A stretch of DNA of 64,000 nucleotides from Bdellovibrionales bacterium (lineage in GTDB: Bacteria > Pseudomonadota > Alphaproteobacteria > UBA2400), in assembly GCA_039808765.1 (NCBI GenBank), contig JBDHTQ010000009.1, forward strand, positions 963-64,962, read 5' to 3'. The notes beneath the pieces are model-generated. The model had not been told where the DNA came from, did not search any database, and worked only from the letters and a program-made list of their open reading frames with translations. Below are positions 32,199-42,104 of the stretch, piece after piece (position 1 is the stretch's first letter; each line of letters begins with the position of its first letter). The position numbers and the translations under genes are program-made.

Positions 32199-33878
32199 TT
32201 AACTGCGTAGAGGAGCGCTGAGAGAGACAAGGCGCGCTTTTTTATGGCCTTCTGGTGTGTGGCCCGGCAGCATTTCCACCTTACAGCTGGGTGATGTGCC
32301 TTGGCAGGCATGGGTAACGATATCAGGAAGGGTTGCTTTGTCGACTGTTACGTGCAAGACAGTGCCCTCATCTAGCGGCTTGTTATTATTATAATAAACA
32401 CCAGCGTAGCAAGTCATGGTTGTAGCGTTTGGATCTTGGCCTTGAAGCTGGTTAAAAGCGGTGGCGAGCGCAGCAGACGAATCTTGCAAAGCAAAATCAG
32501 GGCCGCACCCGGGACCGTTTTCAGGGATGTTGAAGTTTAGCACAATCCCTGAAAATATCTGCGCAGGCGGAGGAGCAGGTTCAGGGGTTATGGGAGCGAC
32601 GAGTTGTGGTTGCTGAGTTGGTTGGTGTGTCTTCTGATGATACGAGAGTAATTGCGTTGCGGCGTTTGCCACATCGGGGCGGGGGTCCTTTGCGAACGCT
32701 TGAACGGTTGATAAAAATTGCGGAATGATTGTCGCTGGAGCGCGGTAATTGATAATATCAAGCGTTTTACAGATCACCATTTCACTGGGGTGTTGCAGGC
32801 CAAGCCCTAAGATGGTTGCGACATCAAGGTCAGACAGACCTTGCTTATAAAGTAATGTATAATCAATTACTTTTAACGCCTCCAGAGCAATGTCATCAGG
32901 ACCTTGGACACATCTTTTTATCGTTGGCATGAATAGGTATGTCTCATCACTGCTGCTCATCGCGCTAAGTGCGAGGGCCGCTTTTTTAGGATCAGTGGCA
33001 AAATTTTCAGCTGCCCGTGTGAGTAGCGCAAAAAACGGCTTTTTTTCATGACTCCTGCCTATCGTCGAAAAGGCAAGAGTCTGAATGGAGTCCTCGGGAT
33101 AATTTGTTGCAGCGCTTACAACAGGTATAAAAGCTGGTGGAATTTTATTAGTATAATGTGCGTTCCAATCTATGACTCGAATTGCCGACCGGGCGATTCT
33201 AGGGATTGCGGTTTGTTGTAACGCATCGCAAATAGGATTATAAAACACCATCAGATTTGGTGCATATTTCATTGCCTCGAAGGCTGCACACGCAAGGTCG
33301 GGCCTTGAATGATCCGCTGCGCAGGTTATGATGTCAGTAATAAATGGAATGAAATTTTTACGGGTGATTGCTCCCAAAGCCGATGTGATTGTAGGGTCGT
33401 CATTACTCTTTAAAAGCTCTAAAATAACCCCCGTAAAAAGGGTCGCATCAGTCTTTCTTTTGGGGGTGTGTGAATAATGTGATGCTAGAGTCTGCGCGCA
33501 TGCTCTTCTTAGTTCGACGCGGTTGCCCGGCGCCGCGTGCTTGGCGATCATTGGCGCAAAAGGGGTAAGGTCGTCTGTATTCCATAATGCTTTAATGGCG
33601 GCGCATTGCAGCGGCAGTGATGAGGAGCTGGCAACTGTTTGTAGCTCACTAAAAAAATCAATTTTTGCGGTGTGGTACGTTGTTGCCTCAATGGCAGCTC
33701 TGATCACAGAAGGATCGCTTGCAAGGGTTAGACAATCGCGCACATCTTGAATTTGTTGGGCGGTCAAACCACTCGGATGTATCATCAAAGCTGCATGTCC
33801 GATGTCTGCTAAATCCTTAACAGCTTGAGCTGTTGGCCTTAAATAAAGAGGAAGGGGGTTGTTTGGCGCTGTTGGCAT
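32199..33878 (-). CDS. Large HEAT/ARM-like repeat protein with a Pro-rich linker and a Cys-containing C-terminal domain; function unknown
   Basis: 559 aa with no signal peptide. Repetitive alpha-helical repeat signature over about 420 aa, a linker QQPQLVAPITPEPAPPP, then a C-terminal module of about 110 aa containing CGPDF...CYAGVYYNNNKP...CQGTSPSC. Confidence 0.6.
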   Translation of the reverse strand: MPTAPNNPLPLYLRPTAQAVKDLADIGHAALMIHPSGLTAQQIQDVRDCLTLASDPSVIRAAIEATTYHTAKIDFFSELQTVASSSSLPLQCAAIKALWNTDDLTPFAPMIAKHAAPGNRVELRRACAQTLASHYSHTPKRKTDATLFTGVILELLKSNDDPTITSALGAITRKNFIPFITDIITCAADHSRPDLACAAFEAMKYAPNLMVFYNPICDALQQTAIPRIARSAIRVIDWNAHYTNKIPPAFIPVVSAATNYPEDSIQTLAFSTIGRSHEKKPFFALLTRAAENFATDPKKAALALSAMSSSDETYLFMPTIKRCVQGPDDIALEALKVIDYTLLYKQGLSDLDVATILGLGLQHPSEMVICKTLDIINYRAPATIIPQFLSTVQAFAKDPRPDVANAATQLLSYHQKTHQPTQQPQLVAPITPEPAPPPAQIFSGIVLNFNIPENGPGCGPDFALQDSSAALATAFNQLQGQDPNATTMTCYAGVYYNNNKPLDEGTVLHVTVDKATLPDIVTHACQGTSPSCKVEMLPGHTPEGHKKARLVSLSAPLRS

Positions 33879-34131
33879 GGCTAGGCCCGTTGTTAAAATG
33901 GTTAATAAAATATAACGAATGCTGTTTTAGCATTTTGGGGGGTGCAAGAACAACTCATATTTAACTAAAAGCGGTAACATCGTTCCAGAAGTTAAATGCA
34001 CTTATTAAAGGGAGCGCACCAATCTTCTGTGTGGATAAAGCGAATGCTCTCGTAAGATGATTCAACACGATGCTGCTTTAATTTTTTAATTCGCTTGGGA
34101 TGCCGCGCCGTATTTGTTTTGGCATGAACAG

Positions 34132-34156
34132 AAAAAAAGACCCGATTTCTCGGGCC
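34132..34156 (-). terminator. Rho-independent terminator of lysS
   Basis: The minus strand reads GGCCCGA-GAAA-TCGGGTC (GNRA tetraloop) followed by T7. Confidence 0.8.
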
Positions 34157-34199
34157 TTTTTAGTCGTATTAGCGCTTTAGTCGGCGCTAATTCAATGCA

Positions 34200-35732
34200 T
34201 TATCCCTGTGCAGTGGGCTTTAGGGTGGGGAACAGCAGCACATCGCGAATGGTTAGGCAATTGGTCATGATCATGACCAGACGATCAATCCCAATTCCGA
34301 GACCGCCGGTAGGGGGCAACCCGTATTCCAGCGCGGTAACATAATCGCTGTCGACACGTTGGGCTTCCTGATCTCCGTCTTCGCGTTGCTGCAGTTGATC
34401 CATAAAGCGGGCCATTTGGTCTTGCGGGTCTGTGAGTTCAGAGAAGGCGTTGGCGATCTCCCATTTCATGCAGAAGGTTTCAAAACGTTCGGTCAAGCGC
34501 GCATCGGTTTTATGGGGCTTGGCAAACGGCGAAATATCCCGGGGTTGATCAATCACGTGGACGGGCTGGGTGATGGAAGGTTCGACTTTTTCCCCAAAAA
34601 CTTTTTCCACACATTGCCCCCAATTTTCCTTGCCGGTAATTTCAGGACATTGGGTGCGGGCGATGCGCCGTGCTTCGTTGATGTCGGTAATGGCCAGGAA
34701 ATCAATGCCGGTCGCTTCCTTTACCAGCTCTGTCATTGCAGCACGACGGAACGGCGGCTTGAAGCTGATGGTTTGGCCATTAAACACCACTTGATCCGAG
34801 CCGGTGGCCGCAATGGCTGCTGCCTGAATAAGTGTTTCAGCCAATTCGATCATGCCTTCATAGTCGGTGTAGGCTTGATAGGCCTCGAGCATCGTAAACT
34901 CAGGGTTATGGCGGGTGCTGATGCCTTCATTGCGGAAGTTGCGTCCCAGCTCGAACACGCGTTCGGACAAGCCGCCAACAATCAAGCGCTTAAGGTAAAG
35001 CTCAGGCGCAATACGCATGTAAAGATCAATATCGAGCGCGTTGTGATGGGTCACAAACGGTTCGGCCATGGCCCCACCGGGGATGACTTGCAACAGCGGT
35101 GTTTCAACTTCCAGAAAACCGCGCTCGGTTAAAATATCACGAATGCGGCGCAGGATTTTTGAACGGGAACGAAAAACATCGCGGCTTTCTTCGTTCATGA
35201 TCAGATCAAGATAACGTTGACGATAGCGGGCTTCGGTATCGGATAGACCATGAAACTTATCCGGCAGCGGCAACAGTGTTTTAGAAAGCAAAACAAGTTG
35301 CTGTGCGTTGATCGTGAGCTCTCCGCGCTTTGTGCGGCGAATGGTGCCTTCCACACCGATCAGATCGCCAATGTCGAGATGCTCCAGCAGCGTTTGCCCC
35401 TCGGTTGAAAGGGTATCCTTATGGCAAAAAACCTGAATTTTTCCGCTTACATCATGTAAATCGATGAACATGCCCGAATTACGCAAGGCCCGAATACGGC
35501 CCGCCATGCGCACGTGATCGGTGGTGGCCACATCGTCGGCGAGGTCTTTATACCGCTCAAGCAAATCGTGCGCGCGATCTTTAACGTCATATTTATAAGG
35601 ATAGGGGTTAATGCCCAAGCTCTTTATCTTTTCCAGCTTGGCAATGCGGTTGTCGCGCAGGCGCATTTCGGCGTCGCTGCGATCGGAGGCCAATTCTGTC
35701 TGAAGATCAGGCAGTGCTGTAGGGCTTGTCAT
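34200..35732 (-). CDS. lysS: Lysine--tRNA ligase (class II)
   Basis: 510 aa. Class II motifs FRNEG, GGLGIGIDRLVM, and an N-terminal OB anticodon-binding domain. Confidence 0.95.
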   Translation of the reverse strand: MTSPTALPDLQTELASDRSDAEMRLRDNRIAKLEKIKSLGINPYPYKYDVKDRAHDLLERYKDLADDVATTDHVRMAGRIRALRNSGMFIDLHDVSGKIQVFCHKDTLSTEGQTLLEHLDIGDLIGVEGTIRRTKRGELTINAQQLVLLSKTLLPLPDKFHGLSDTEARYRQRYLDLIMNEESRDVFRSRSKILRRIRDILTERGFLEVETPLLQVIPGGAMAEPFVTHHNALDIDLYMRIAPELYLKRLIVGGLSERVFELGRNFRNEGISTRHNPEFTMLEAYQAYTDYEGMIELAETLIQAAAIAATGSDQVVFNGQTISFKPPFRRAAMTELVKEATGIDFLAITDINEARRIARTQCPEITGKENWGQCVEKVFGEKVEPSITQPVHVIDQPRDISPFAKPHKTDARLTERFETFCMKWEIANAFSELTDPQDQMARFMDQLQQREDGDQEAQRVDSDYVTALEYGLPPTGGLGIGIDRLVMIMTNCLTIRDVLLFPTLKPTAQG

Positions 35733-35807
35733 TTTATCGTCCTGTAGGTTAGAGTGAACGGCATATCTTTGCCTATCTGATTCAAAAGAATCAACATAAA
35801 AGAGTTT

Positions 35808-36740
35808 TTATTGTGATGACTTTATAGATGTAATGCGATTACGAGGATGCGCTTTGGCATGAATACGTTTTAACCCTTCCATCTCTACGTCGGTGTAACG
35901 TTGGGTGGTGCTGAGAGATTGATGACCCAAGAGCTCTTGTACAACGCGCAAATCGGCGCCTTCTTTTAACAGGTGCGTGGCAAAACTATGGCGTAACGCG
36001 TGTGGTGTAGCAAAATCTGGTAATCCGGTCTGTGCGCGCAAAAGACGCATTTGTCGCTGCGCTACACCAGGATTAAGCGCGTTTCCGCGTTTACCAATAA
36101 AGAGTGGAGCATCGGCGGTTGGTTCAATCTGGCGCTGATCGAGCCAAGCGTTAAGGGTGTCGCGCACGGCGGGTAAAAGTGGGACACGTCGCTGCTTTTT
36201 TCCCTTGCCCGTGATTCTTAAAACTGGCTCACGAACATCGTATACCTTAAGAGATAAAGCTTCGGCCAAGCGTAAGCCTGCGCCATAGAGTAGTGTCAAC
36301 AAAGCTGTATCGCGGGCGTTTGTCCATGAATCATGTGTTAATGTAGGCGAGCTAAGCAGGCGTTGAGTTTCGGCTTCACTGAGCGGATGAGGGAGAGGCG
36401 GTGGATTCTTTGGCCGTCTTAACAATGAAAGTGCAGGATTACTTTGTCCGCTTTGTCGTTCCAGCCATCGGTAAAAACTGCGCAAAGTAGAGGTGGCGCG
36501 TGCACGTGACGCAGCTGCCAATCCTTTTTGCGCCAAAGCAGACAGCCAGCTACGAAAAGTGGAAAGATCAAGTGCTATCAGCGCCTGTTGTTGAAGGGGG
36601 CCTTCGCCCAAATGCGCTTGTGTAAATTGAACAAAAGCCAATAAGTCTTGTCGATAGTTGCGGATCGTAAGAGCAGAATAGCGTCGCTCGTTGCGCAGTG
36701 CATCCAACCAGTTTACCATGCATTCTGGTAACTCAGTCAT
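35808..36740 (-). CDS. xerC: Tyrosine recombinase XerC
   Basis: 310 aa. Catalytic region HALRHSFATHLL...LGHQSLSTTQRYT. The upstream DUF484 (yigA-like) neighbour gives the usual dapF-yigA-xerC context. Confidence 0.8.
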   Translation of the reverse strand: MTELPECMVNWLDALRNERRYSALTIRNYRQDLLAFVQFTQAHLGEGPLQQQALIALDLSTFRSWLSALAQKGLAAASRARATSTLRSFYRWLERQSGQSNPALSLLRRPKNPPPLPHPLSEAETQRLLSSPTLTHDSWTNARDTALLTLLYGAGLRLAEALSLKVYDVREPVLRITGKGKKQRRVPLLPAVRDTLNAWLDQRQIEPTADAPLFIGKRGNALNPGVAQRQMRLLRAQTGLPDFATPHALRHSFATHLLKEGADLRVVQELLGHQSLSTTQRYTDVEMEGLKRIHAKAHPRNRITSIKSSQ

Positions 36741-36752
36741 GGCGTGTATCGC

Positions 36753-37442
36753 TCATAATGTATGAGCGCCCTCATGATCGAAGTGATGAATAATACGCAC
36801 CACGATACCTCCCAAAAAGGCGATAAAATCAGTGCCTTGATCAGGATGGAACCACTCGGGGTCATTGCTTCCAAAGGATAATAGCCCTGATTTTTTGCCT
36901 ATCTCTAAACGAACCAAGGCGACCGAGCGTATAGCCGCAGAATGTTGACCCAAAAGTTCTGGCATTGGTTTTGCGTGTGCGCACAACATGGCATCAGCGG
37001 GGCCTAGCCAGCTTTCAATCGTGCTGTCAGGTAAAGAAAGAATAGAAGGGGGTGTTTTTGTGTTTTCTAACGCCAGTTGAGCACAATCGATTGAGCAGAG
37101 TGAGGGGATATCTTTTTGAACAATGTGCCCCAGTTCTTCAAGCGAGCGGGCTTCCATCAACCGTAAAGCCGTGGCATGCAGGCGGGTGAGGCTTATATCA
37201 TTCTCATGACCTGCGGTAATGAGTGAGTGTTGAGAATCGCGCAAAGCTTGCACCTGCATTTTCAAGCGCTGTACCATAAAACTTTGAAAATCACTTACCC
37301 CTTCGCCAAACGGGCGGGCCGGTAAAGAAAGTTTCGTAATCAAATCAGGATAACGTACTAGAAAATCAGGGTGATTCTGAAGATACTGAACAATGTCTTT
37401 TTCATCGAGTGCCAATTCGGCATGTTGAGGGTGGGACGTCAT
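36753..37442 (-). CDS. DUF484 family protein (YigA-like)
   Basis: N-terminus EKDIVQYLQNHPDFLVRYPDL is typical of DUF484. The ORF is open to 37475. Confidence 0.7.
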   Translation of the reverse strand: MTSHPQHAELALDEKDIVQYLQNHPDFLVRYPDLITKLSLPARPFGEGVSDFQSFMVQRLKMQVQALRDSQHSLITAGHENDISLTRLHATALRLMEARSLEELGHIVQKDIPSLCSIDCAQLALENTKTPPSILSLPDSTIESWLGPADAMLCAHAKPMPELLGQHSAAIRSVALVRLEIGKKSGLLSFGSNDPEWFHPDQGTDFIAFLGGIVVRIIHHFDHEGAHTL

Positions 37443-37519
37443 GATGGGTTTATCTCCCAAATGAAGGTTGAACATTTAAGCTAGCCCAATTTGTCTGCTC
37501 TGCGCTATACCTTGTAACC

Positions 37520-39754
37520 ATGCCGCCGCCATTCGACAATAAGTCAAAATCAAATTTAACCGATTTTTTGATCGGTGTACTGTTGCCGCTTCCATTTAAC
37601 GAGCCTTTTACTTATTGTCAGGTTCGAGGTGAGAACGAGCAAAATGCGGTCAGGCTGGGTGCTTATGTGATTGTTCCTTTTGGAAAATCAGAGAAAGTTG
37701 GTGTGGTTTGGTCGTTAAATGCATCAACGTCTGTTCCCTTGGAAAAAGTCAAACCCATCACGCGCCTTATTGCGGCTCCCCCTATGGATGAGCAGCTGCG
37801 TACATTTATAGAGTGGGTCAGTCGTTATACGCTGCAGCCTCTTGGTCTCATTTTGAAACAGGCATTAACCATTGACAGTGCACGCGAAGCCCCTACCCAA
37901 ACTGTTTATCAGGGGGTGTCGAATGTTCAGTTGGCTCCCCATCAGCGACTTACCCCTTTACAAGAGCAGCTCTATGAAAAAATAAAAAACGGCGACGCTC
38001 ATACACTGACTGAATGGACAAAAATATTACATTGCAGTGCCGCGACCCTCAATCGATTGCGCGAGCGCGGGTTGTTGGTCGCCCATACGCAAGCGCGCGA
38101 CGACGCATTTGTTCAATCATCTGTTGCAATGAGTCCCATCACATTGTCGCCATCTCAACAGCACGCTGCGAATACCCTTATTGCCGATGTGACAGCTGCG
38201 CGCTTTCATGTCAATGTGCTGGAGGGAGTAACCGGATCGGGCAAAACAGAAGTTTTTTGCGAAGCTGTTCGCGCTGCTCTGCAGGCGCAACAGCAAGTTT
38301 TAGTTCTCATGCCGGAAATCGCGCTTTCAGTTCAAATGCTTGATCGGTTTGAGCGTTTACTTGGTGTAACTCCGGTTGCGTGGCATTCTGATTTATCATC
38401 ATCTGCGCGGCGAAAAGCATGGCGCGCCATTGCGCAAGGGGAAGCTGGATTGGTGATTGGTGCACGTTCATCTCTCTTTCTTCCGTTTAAAAACCTAGGC
38501 TTAATCGTTGTCGACGAAGAGCATGAAGGCGCCTACAAACAAGAAGAAGGCGTAAATTATCATGCACGTGATATGGCCATTGTGCGGGCGCGCTTGTTGA
38601 ATATTCCAATTATTTTATGTTCAGCAACACCTTCAATCGAGACGGTCGTGAATGTGCAAGAAGGACGCTATCATTCGGTCAGCCTGCCAGAACGTCATGC
38701 GGGGGCCTTGCTGCCAGCCATTACATTGGTTGACTTATTAAAAAATAAACCACCAAGAGGTCGTTGGTTGGCCGAGCCAACTTTATGCGCAATTCAAGAA
38801 ACGTTAGCACGCAAAGAGCAGGTTTTGCTTTTTCTTAATCGCCGTGGCTATGCTCCACTTACCTTATGTCGCACGTGTGGTTTTCGTTTGATGTGTCCGC
38901 ATTGTACTGCGTGGATGGTTGAACATCGCATGGGTGATAAAGCCGGATTTTTACAATGTCATCATTGTGGATATCGACAAAAACTTCCAAAGACATGCCC
39001 ACAATGTCATGATGAAGAAAGTTTTGTGGCGTGCGGTCCCGGCGTCGAACGATTGGAAGAAGAAGTGGCACAACTTTTTCCTGATGCCAAACGTTTGATT
39101 GTTACAAGCGATACGCTCACCTCATGGAAGCACGTACAAGACGCGCTGCACAAGATGTCCGAGCGTGAATATGACATGATGATCGGCACGCAAATTGTTG
39201 CCAAAGGTCACCATTTTCCTTACCTCACGTTGGTGGTTGTGGTCGATGCTGATCTTGGTTTGGATGGCGGCGATATGCGCGCTGCTGAACGCACCTTTCA
39301 GATTTTACAGCAGGTGAGTGGTCGTTCAGGACGTGCAGAACACCCCGGAAGTGTGATTCTGCAGACACACTGTGTAGACAATTTTATTTTTGATTTTCTC
39401 CAAAAAAATGATCGCGAAGGATTTCTTGATCACGAAATTGCAATTCGTCAAACCCATCATTGGCCGCCATTCTCACGTTTGGCAGCGCTTATTGTAAGTG
39501 GAAAAAATTTGATCAATGTTGAAATTGCAGCGAAAGAAATCCGCATAAAATGGCCAGAACTTGACGGTGTTGAAATTTTCGGCCCCAGTCCTGCACCGTT
39601 GGCAAAATTAAAAGATGATCATCGTATGAGATTGTTGGTCCGATGCGATCGCGGACAAAAAATACAAACTGTTTTGATTGATGCGCTTGCATCATGCCGA
39701 CTTCCGAAAGGTGTGGACTTGAAAATCGTTATCGACCCGTTTACCTTTTTATGA
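37520..39754 (+). CDS. priA: Primosomal protein N' (replication restart helicase)
   Basis: 744 aa. Walker A LEGVTGSGKTEV, a DEEH box, and a zinc-binding CRTC...CPHC...CHHC...CPQC cluster. Confidence 0.95.
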   Translation: MPPPFDNKSKSNLTDFLIGVLLPLPFNEPFTYCQVRGENEQNAVRLGAYVIVPFGKSEKVGVVWSLNASTSVPLEKVKPITRLIAAPPMDEQLRTFIEWVSRYTLQPLGLILKQALTIDSAREAPTQTVYQGVSNVQLAPHQRLTPLQEQLYEKIKNGDAHTLTEWTKILHCSAATLNRLRERGLLVAHTQARDDAFVQSSVAMSPITLSPSQQHAANTLIADVTAARFHVNVLEGVTGSGKTEVFCEAVRAALQAQQQVLVLMPEIALSVQMLDRFERLLGVTPVAWHSDLSSSARRKAWRAIAQGEAGLVIGARSSLFLPFKNLGLIVVDEEHEGAYKQEEGVNYHARDMAIVRARLLNIPIILCSATPSIETVVNVQEGRYHSVSLPERHAGALLPAITLVDLLKNKPPRGRWLAEPTLCAIQETLARKEQVLLFLNRRGYAPLTLCRTCGFRLMCPHCTAWMVEHRMGDKAGFLQCHHCGYRQKLPKTCPQCHDEESFVACGPGVERLEEEVAQLFPDAKRLIVTSDTLTSWKHVQDALHKMSEREYDMMIGTQIVAKGHHFPYLTLVVVVDADLGLDGGDMRAAERTFQILQQVSGRSGRAEHPGSVILQTHCVDNFIFDFLQKNDREGFLDHEIAIRQTHHWPPFSRLAALIVSGKNLINVEIAAKEIRIKWPELDGVEIFGPSPAPLAKLKDDHRMRLLVRCDRGQKIQTVLIDALASCRLPKGVDLKIVIDPFTFL

Positions 39755-39817
39755 GATAGCTAAATGCCATCGAGGCACAAATGTGTCTCAATACACAACT
39801 ATTATCGGGAGCTTATG

Positions 39818-40318
39818 ATGGTTACGACGACGACAGTAAAGAAAGCACCCTCGACAGCGAAGAAGGCAACAGTTGCCACAAAGGCAAAGCCCGCTGCGAA
39901 GGCCACAACTACTGCTGCAAAGAAAACAGCTACAGCAACAGTGAAAAAAACAACAACAGCCGCAGCCAAGAAGCCTGTAGCTGTTAAGAAGACAACAACA
40001 GCAGCTGCCAAGAAGCCTGTTGCTGTTAAGAAGACAACAACAGCCGCAGCCAAGAAACCTGTAGCTGTTAAGAAGACAACAACAGCTGCTGCCAAGAAGC
40101 CGGTTGCTGCTAAGAAGACAACAACAGCCGCAGCCAAGAAGCCTGTAGCTGCTAAGAAGACAACAACAGCCGCAGCCAAGAAACCTGTAGCTGTTAAGAA
40201 GACAACAGCAAAAAAAGCTGCTGCTCAAAAACAATCAAACAAATCAACCACAGCGAAGACCAAAACAGCGTCGCGCAGCACGAAATCTTCAGCGAAGAAG
40301 ACAATTTCCAAGAAGTAA
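39818..40318 (+). CDS. Histone H1-like / Lys-Ala-Thr-rich nucleoid-associated protein built from 14-aa tandem repeats
   Basis: KKTTTAAAKKPVAV repeated 6 times; highly basic. GGGAG SD before the paired ATGs at 39815 and 39818. Two tandem terminators follow. Confidence 0.75.
   Translation: MVTTTTVKKAPSTAKKATVATKAKPAAKATTTAAKKTATATVKKTTTAAAKKPVAVKKTTTAAAKKPVAVKKTTTAAAKKPVAVKKTTTAAAKKPVAAKKTTTAAAKKPVAAKKTTTAAAKKPVAVKKTTAKKAAAQKQSNKSTTAKTKTASRSTKSSAKKTISKK
39944..40210 (+). repeat. 42-bp in-frame tandem repeat, about 6.4 copies, inside the histone-like gene
   Basis: Repeat unit aagaagacaacaacagccgcagccaagaagcctgtagctgtt, with point variants between copies. Confidence 0.9.
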
Positions 40319-40333
40319 TGTGATTGATTATCA

Positions 40334-40390
40334 GCCGCTTACATTGTAGGCGGCTTTTTAAAACCCCGTAATTTTATTGCGGGGTTTTTT
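40334..40390 (+). terminator. Two tandem Rho-independent terminators
   Basis: First: GCCGCTTACA-T-TGTAGGCGGC followed by TTTTT. Second: CCCCGTAAT-TTT-ATTGCGGGG followed by TTTTTTT. Confidence 0.85.
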
Positions 40391-40577
40391 TATTGGTGCA
40401 TCACACCAAAAAAATGACATTTCTCATGAATGTTGCTGCGCTTTGGTTTTGTTGAAGAAGTATTAATGCTCTGATCGATCTTACTTAAATAATAAAATGC
40501 TTCTACGCGTTGATGGGTAATTTACATTTTATTAGTCATTGTTGGCAAAACTAAATCCAGCATTAAAGGAGCACCCC

Positions 40578-41282
40578 ATGAAGAAAACAGTAACCGATGC
40601 CGCCGCCGCGCTGGTAGATCATCTACATGATGATATGACGATCATGGCTGGGGGGTTTGGGCTTTGCGGTATTCCTGAAAATCTTATCGCGGCTATTCGT
40701 GCAAGCGGTGTAAAAGGGTTAACCGTCATCTCTAACAATGCGGGAGTTGATGGTTTTGGTTTGGGCTTGTTGTTAGAGTCGCGACAGATCAGGAAGATGG
40801 TTTCATCCTATGTTGGTGAAAACAAGCTTTTTGAGCAGCTTTATTTATCGGGTGAGCTGGAGTTAGAGTTTAATCCGCAAGGAACGTTAGCCGAGCGTAT
40901 TCGTGCAGGCGGGGCAGGAATTCCCGCATTTTATACCAAAACTGGTTTTGGTACGTTGGTGGCAGAAGGTAAAGAAGTGCGTGAGTTCGATGGTGAGTTA
41001 TATGTCATGGAAAAAGCCCTTAGGGCTGATCTGGCGATTATTAAAGCATTGAAGGGTGATGAAGAGGGTAACTTGATTTATCGTAAAACCGCACGTAATT
41101 TCAATCCGATGATGGCAACTGCAGCGGCTTATACTGTGGCAGAGGTTGAGCAATTAGTGCCCGTAGGAGCGCTTGATCCTGATGCTGTGCATACCCCTGG
41201 GATTTTTGTTAATAGCATCTTTGAAGGCAAGAATTACGAGAAGCGGATTGAGAAAAAAACTAACCGTCCAAAAGCGGCATAA
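40578..41282 (+). CDS. scoA: 3-oxoacid CoA-transferase subunit A
   Basis: AAGGAG SD before the ATG at 40578 (ORF open from 40539). Typical subunit A sequence [13 protein letters not shown]. Confidence 0.9.
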   Translation: MKKTVTDAAAALVDHLHDDMTIMAGGFGLCGIPENLIAAIRASGVKGLTVISNNAGVDGFGLGLLLESRQIRKMVSSYVGENKLFEQLYLSGELELEFNPQGTLAERIRAGGAGIPAFYTKTGFGTLVAEGKEVREFDGELYVMEKALRADLAIIKALKGDEEGNLIYRKTARNFNPMMATAAAYTVAEVEQLVPVGALDPDAVHTPGIFVNSIFEGKNYEKRIEKKTNRPKAA

Positions 41283-41327
41283 CGTTTAAACATAACAATC
41301 ATCCGATTACATCGGGAGGAATTCAAT

Positions 41328-41981
41328 ATGGCATGGACACGAGATGAATTGGCTCAGCGCGCGGCACAAGAGCTGCGAGATGGATATTATGTTAATCTGG
41401 GTATCGGCATCCCCACGCTGGTGGCCAACCTGATCCCGGAGGGTATGACTGTCACCTTGCAAAGTGAAAATGGACTTTTAGGCATTGGTCCGTTTCCCTA
41501 TGAAGGGGAAGAAGATCCTGATCTTATCAATGCAGGCAAGCAAACCATTACAGCGCTTGAAAACTCCAGTTTTTTCTCAAGTGCTGATAGTTTTGCAATG
41601 ATCCGCGGCGGGCATATTGATCTGTCTATCTTGGGCGCCATGCAGGTTTCTGCGAGCGGTGATTTGGCCAACTGGATGGTCCCGGGAAAAATGGTCAAAG
41701 GAATGGGTGGCGCGATGGATCTGGTGGCCGGGGTCAAGCAGGTGGTGGTGGTCATGGAGCACACTACAAAAGAGGGTGATGCAAAGTTTCTGTCGCAGTG
41801 TGATCTGCCTTTAACAGGGAAGGGTGTGGTTGATTTATTGATTACGGATTTGGCTGTCTTTAAAATCAGCGAGGGCAGTGCAACATTGATTGAACTTGCA
41901 CCCAATGTTACGCTTGATGAAGTGCAAGCGAAAACAACAGCCCCTTATTTGGTTTCTCCTGCGCTTAAGGTGCAGGCATAG
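41328..41981 (+). CDS. scoB: 3-oxoacid CoA-transferase subunit B
   Basis: 217 aa. Subunit B pattern with the catalytic Glu context LQSENGLLGIGP. Confidence 0.9.
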   Translation: MAWTRDELAQRAAQELRDGYYVNLGIGIPTLVANLIPEGMTVTLQSENGLLGIGPFPYEGEEDPDLINAGKQTITALENSSFFSSADSFAMIRGGHIDLSILGAMQVSASGDLANWMVPGKMVKGMGGAMDLVAGVKQVVVVMEHTTKEGDAKFLSQCDLPLTGKGVVDLLITDLAVFKISEGSATLIELAPNVTLDEVQAKTTAPYLVSPALKVQA

Positions 41982-42073
41982 TATTCGTCATTGCTGGTTT
42001 ACGAGGGCAAATCCTGAAAGGTGGCATCGAATGAGGCCATCTTTGACAATGTATTTACGTTAAAGAATAAAAC

Positions 42074-42104
42074 AGAGCGCGCCTGACTTTAGGAGATGCG
42101 CTCT
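42074..42104 (-). terminator. Putative terminator between convergent scoB and the DUF808 gene
   Basis: AGAGCGC ...17-nt loop... GCGCTCT stem, followed on the minus strand by GTTTTATTC. Confidence 0.45.

Noticed and set aside
34359-35132. 257-aa plus-strand ORF
   Set aside because: It is antisense to lysS and has no motif.
39788-40234. 148-aa and 125-aa minus-strand ORFs (Cys/Leu-rich and Ala/Val-rich)
   Set aside because: They are antisense artefacts of the 42-bp tandem repeat in the histone-like gene. Both are low-complexity and have no start context.
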